A DNA stretch of 63,829 nt, the filler included, from Globobulimina sp. (taxonomy: Eukaryota), in NCBI GenBank assembly GCA_003354225.1. It is 18 parts of 18 records of this genome, joined end to end, with 100 filler letters (N's around TTAATTAATTAA, not from the genome) between each part and the next. Parts side by side here need not be neighbours in the genome. Positions count along the whole stretch, not along the records: positions 60,383 to 63,829 come from PIVH01002765.1; 17 more parts are not named here. One strand, given 5' to 3'. Positions within the stretch are counted from its first letter, which is position 1. Each line of letters starts with the position of its first letter. Position numbers and translations under genes: made by a program. Positions 61,786-63,829 of this stretch are shown here, piece after piece. Below the pieces are notes generated by a model. That model was not told the origin of the DNA. It made no database searches and saw only the letters and a list, made by a program, of their open reading frames with translations.

Positions 61786-63203
61786 CTAACGAGACGGAGA
61801 CCATCTTTGTAACGCATCATTTGGAACAAGACTAACCTTTCCATCAACAATCAACTCGGATAAAATTACTCCTGTTGCGGGTGCATTTAAAATGCCCCAG
61901 CATCGATGAGCAGTTCCAATAAATGCATTTTTATAATTTGTGATTTGACCAATAAATGGTGCATTATCCTCAGATTGAGGCAAATAACATGCTTGTTTTA
62001 TAAGCAACTTTGAACTGAAAAGATATTTTGAACTTAATTCTTTCAATGCATTATATATAGTTTCGATATATTTATCACCTTTTATACTTGATGGATCTTT
62101 GGGGAGAGCAGTTCTTTTTGCTGGACCACAGCAATAAACGGTACCATCCGAACGAGGATAGATCTCAATATTTATACTTTTACCATCCTTACATTTATGT
62201 TTTAAAAAGACTGCACCTTCCAAACTATTCAACCATTCCATTCCAACATTGCCCTCAATATCATTTTCTTTCATTTCATTCTTATTTCCATCAGGTTTTG
62301 AATGTAAAAACGCTCCAATCGCATCCTCTAACAATTCAGTATTATAACTATTATTATTTTTACTCTCAGTATCAACAATGGAATGCGTTTTGATTAAATT
62401 TGCATCATAATCAGGCTGAACAACAATGGAATTATATTTGTAAGAAGTAATTTTGGTTAAGTTTGTACATTGAGGAAACCATTCGGATGATTGTGCAGAC
62501 CACGGACCTAAAGCAATAACCACAAAGTCACAATTAATATGTTGTAATTGCAGTGATTCCAGATCCGATTTATTTGGCATATATTCCACACCAATCACTT
62601 TATTTTTGTCCACTTCATCAAATATGATTCCTGTAACAATTCCATATTTTATGTTGACTCTATTTTTAATCGAATCCATTAATGTTTCACAAAAGATTCT
62701 AGGGTGAATTTGTGCATTTGTATGCTTGCTACCTAACACTTTATGCTGTAATATTTTACAATCTAACCACTGCAAGTCATTATAACTTGCAATGAGTTTT
62801 AAATCTTTTGATTTTGTCTCAATGAATGAATATCTAGAATCTATTGAGTATGCTGCGCACCGGCGATAGAAATATTTCTTACCATATTTACCCGCTAATT
62901 CACTGTGGAGTTGAAACGATTTTCGTGCCAATGCTTCTAACCACCCATTGTCACTATTTAGATAAAAGTTATGTTTTGAATTGGTATTTAATAAAAAGCA
63001 AACCACCAATCCAAAGCTAAAAAACCACCAGCTTTTCCTGACGCACACCCTGCAATTTTATATCTTTCAATGATCGTAATTGATGTTACATTTTCACGTT
63101 GTGCTAAATAATAAGCTGTACAGACACCGATGATACCGCCACCTGCAATTACAACATTAATTCCAGCAGTACCTTTGTTGTTTTTTGTTGATTGCTGAGC
63201 CAT
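61786..63203 (-). CDS. FAD-dependent oxidoreductase, DAO family (TDA3-like), 2 exons
   Basis: VVIAGGGIIG, ASGKAGGFLALDWC|D, AQIHP, GPWS, EIYPRSDG, QACYLP and HRCWGILNAPATG. Confidence 0.88.
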
Positions 63204-63424
63204 GTTTTTTTAAGTAACTGCGCAACAACCTATTAAGATATGAAATCGTCGATAACCTATGGCTAGCGGCGTTTTTATCATGTCATTTTTTTTTCTTATT
63301 TTTTTAACTTTTTCTTCATCATAATTTCCATTTTGCACAGTACTAAACAAACATTACGTGGTTATGGGGATCAAAAAAAGTGAAAATGGAAATTGAAATG
63401 CTTTGTGCAACGACAAAAATCAAA

Positions 63425-63603
63425 TCAAATACAACTTTTGGAAATGGCTTTGAAAAAACACAAATATAAAAAAACAAAAAAAATGATGCTAAAAATGATA
63501 AAAACAATAGCAGAAACGTGAAAAATTAACCCACATCCATCAATGCCGGGAAATGCATTACGTCCTGGAACAGTGGATAGAGACAAATCTATCAAATCAG
63601 AGC
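63425..63603 (-). CDS. Possible last exon of a membrane-anchored protein
   Basis: A T-rich intron-like tract ending in TAG, then SDLIDLSLSTVPGRNAFPG and a hydrophobic tail with a stop. Confidence 0.3.
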
Positions 63604-63829
63604 TAATGTTGTTCCAAAACAAAACAAATATAAAAAAAACACATAAAATATAAATGAAATGGGAATTAACCACATTTACATTGCATGAAAAGAACAAAAC
63701 AAATAATCAACAAACGATATATTTTTGAATATTGAATAAAATGTTGGTATGTCGTGGATCACTATTTGTCAGTTATCACTGTTCATTAATTATAAATCAT
63801 AAGTTCCTGATGACAAATAATTACAAAGT

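Overview
This is not a contiguous locus. It is 18 unrelated contigs of 3456 to 3447 bp, sorted by decreasing length and joined by a 100-bp artificial linker (44 N + TTAATTAATTAA + 44 N), so gene neighbourhood means nothing across linkers. The DNA is from an AT-rich, gene-dense eukaryote with the standard code, short (about 50-80 nt) GT-AG introns and very short intergenic spacers. The gene style suggests a foraminiferan or other rhizarian protist, which is an inference. Recognisable genes: Cdc25-type phosphatase (missed by the ORF track), FOXRED2, axonemal dynein DNAH10, RPS9, UPF2, WW-RasGEF, a receptor tyrosine-kinase-like protein, SET protein, GH3 xylosidase, NIPA, MAPR, XK-related, TDA3-like oxidase and a PLS/E-type PPR protein. 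Mobile DNA: a Polinton/Maverick-type protein-primed polB, one MITE family with 3 copies, and a Harbinger-like MITE with a TTA TSD. The strongest candidate for an undescribed system is a pair of paralogous proteins on separate contigs that carry a RelA/SpoT-synthetase-like nucleotidyltransferase domain behind different N-termini (ankyrin repeats, or a myristoylation motif). Other conflict/signalling candidates are a PDZ-PDZ-ADP-ribosyltransferase-like protein, a ricin-B/aerolysin-type pore former, a G-alpha lacking catalytic residues, and a contig that appears circular. All family assignments come from motif recognition by eye, not from database searches.
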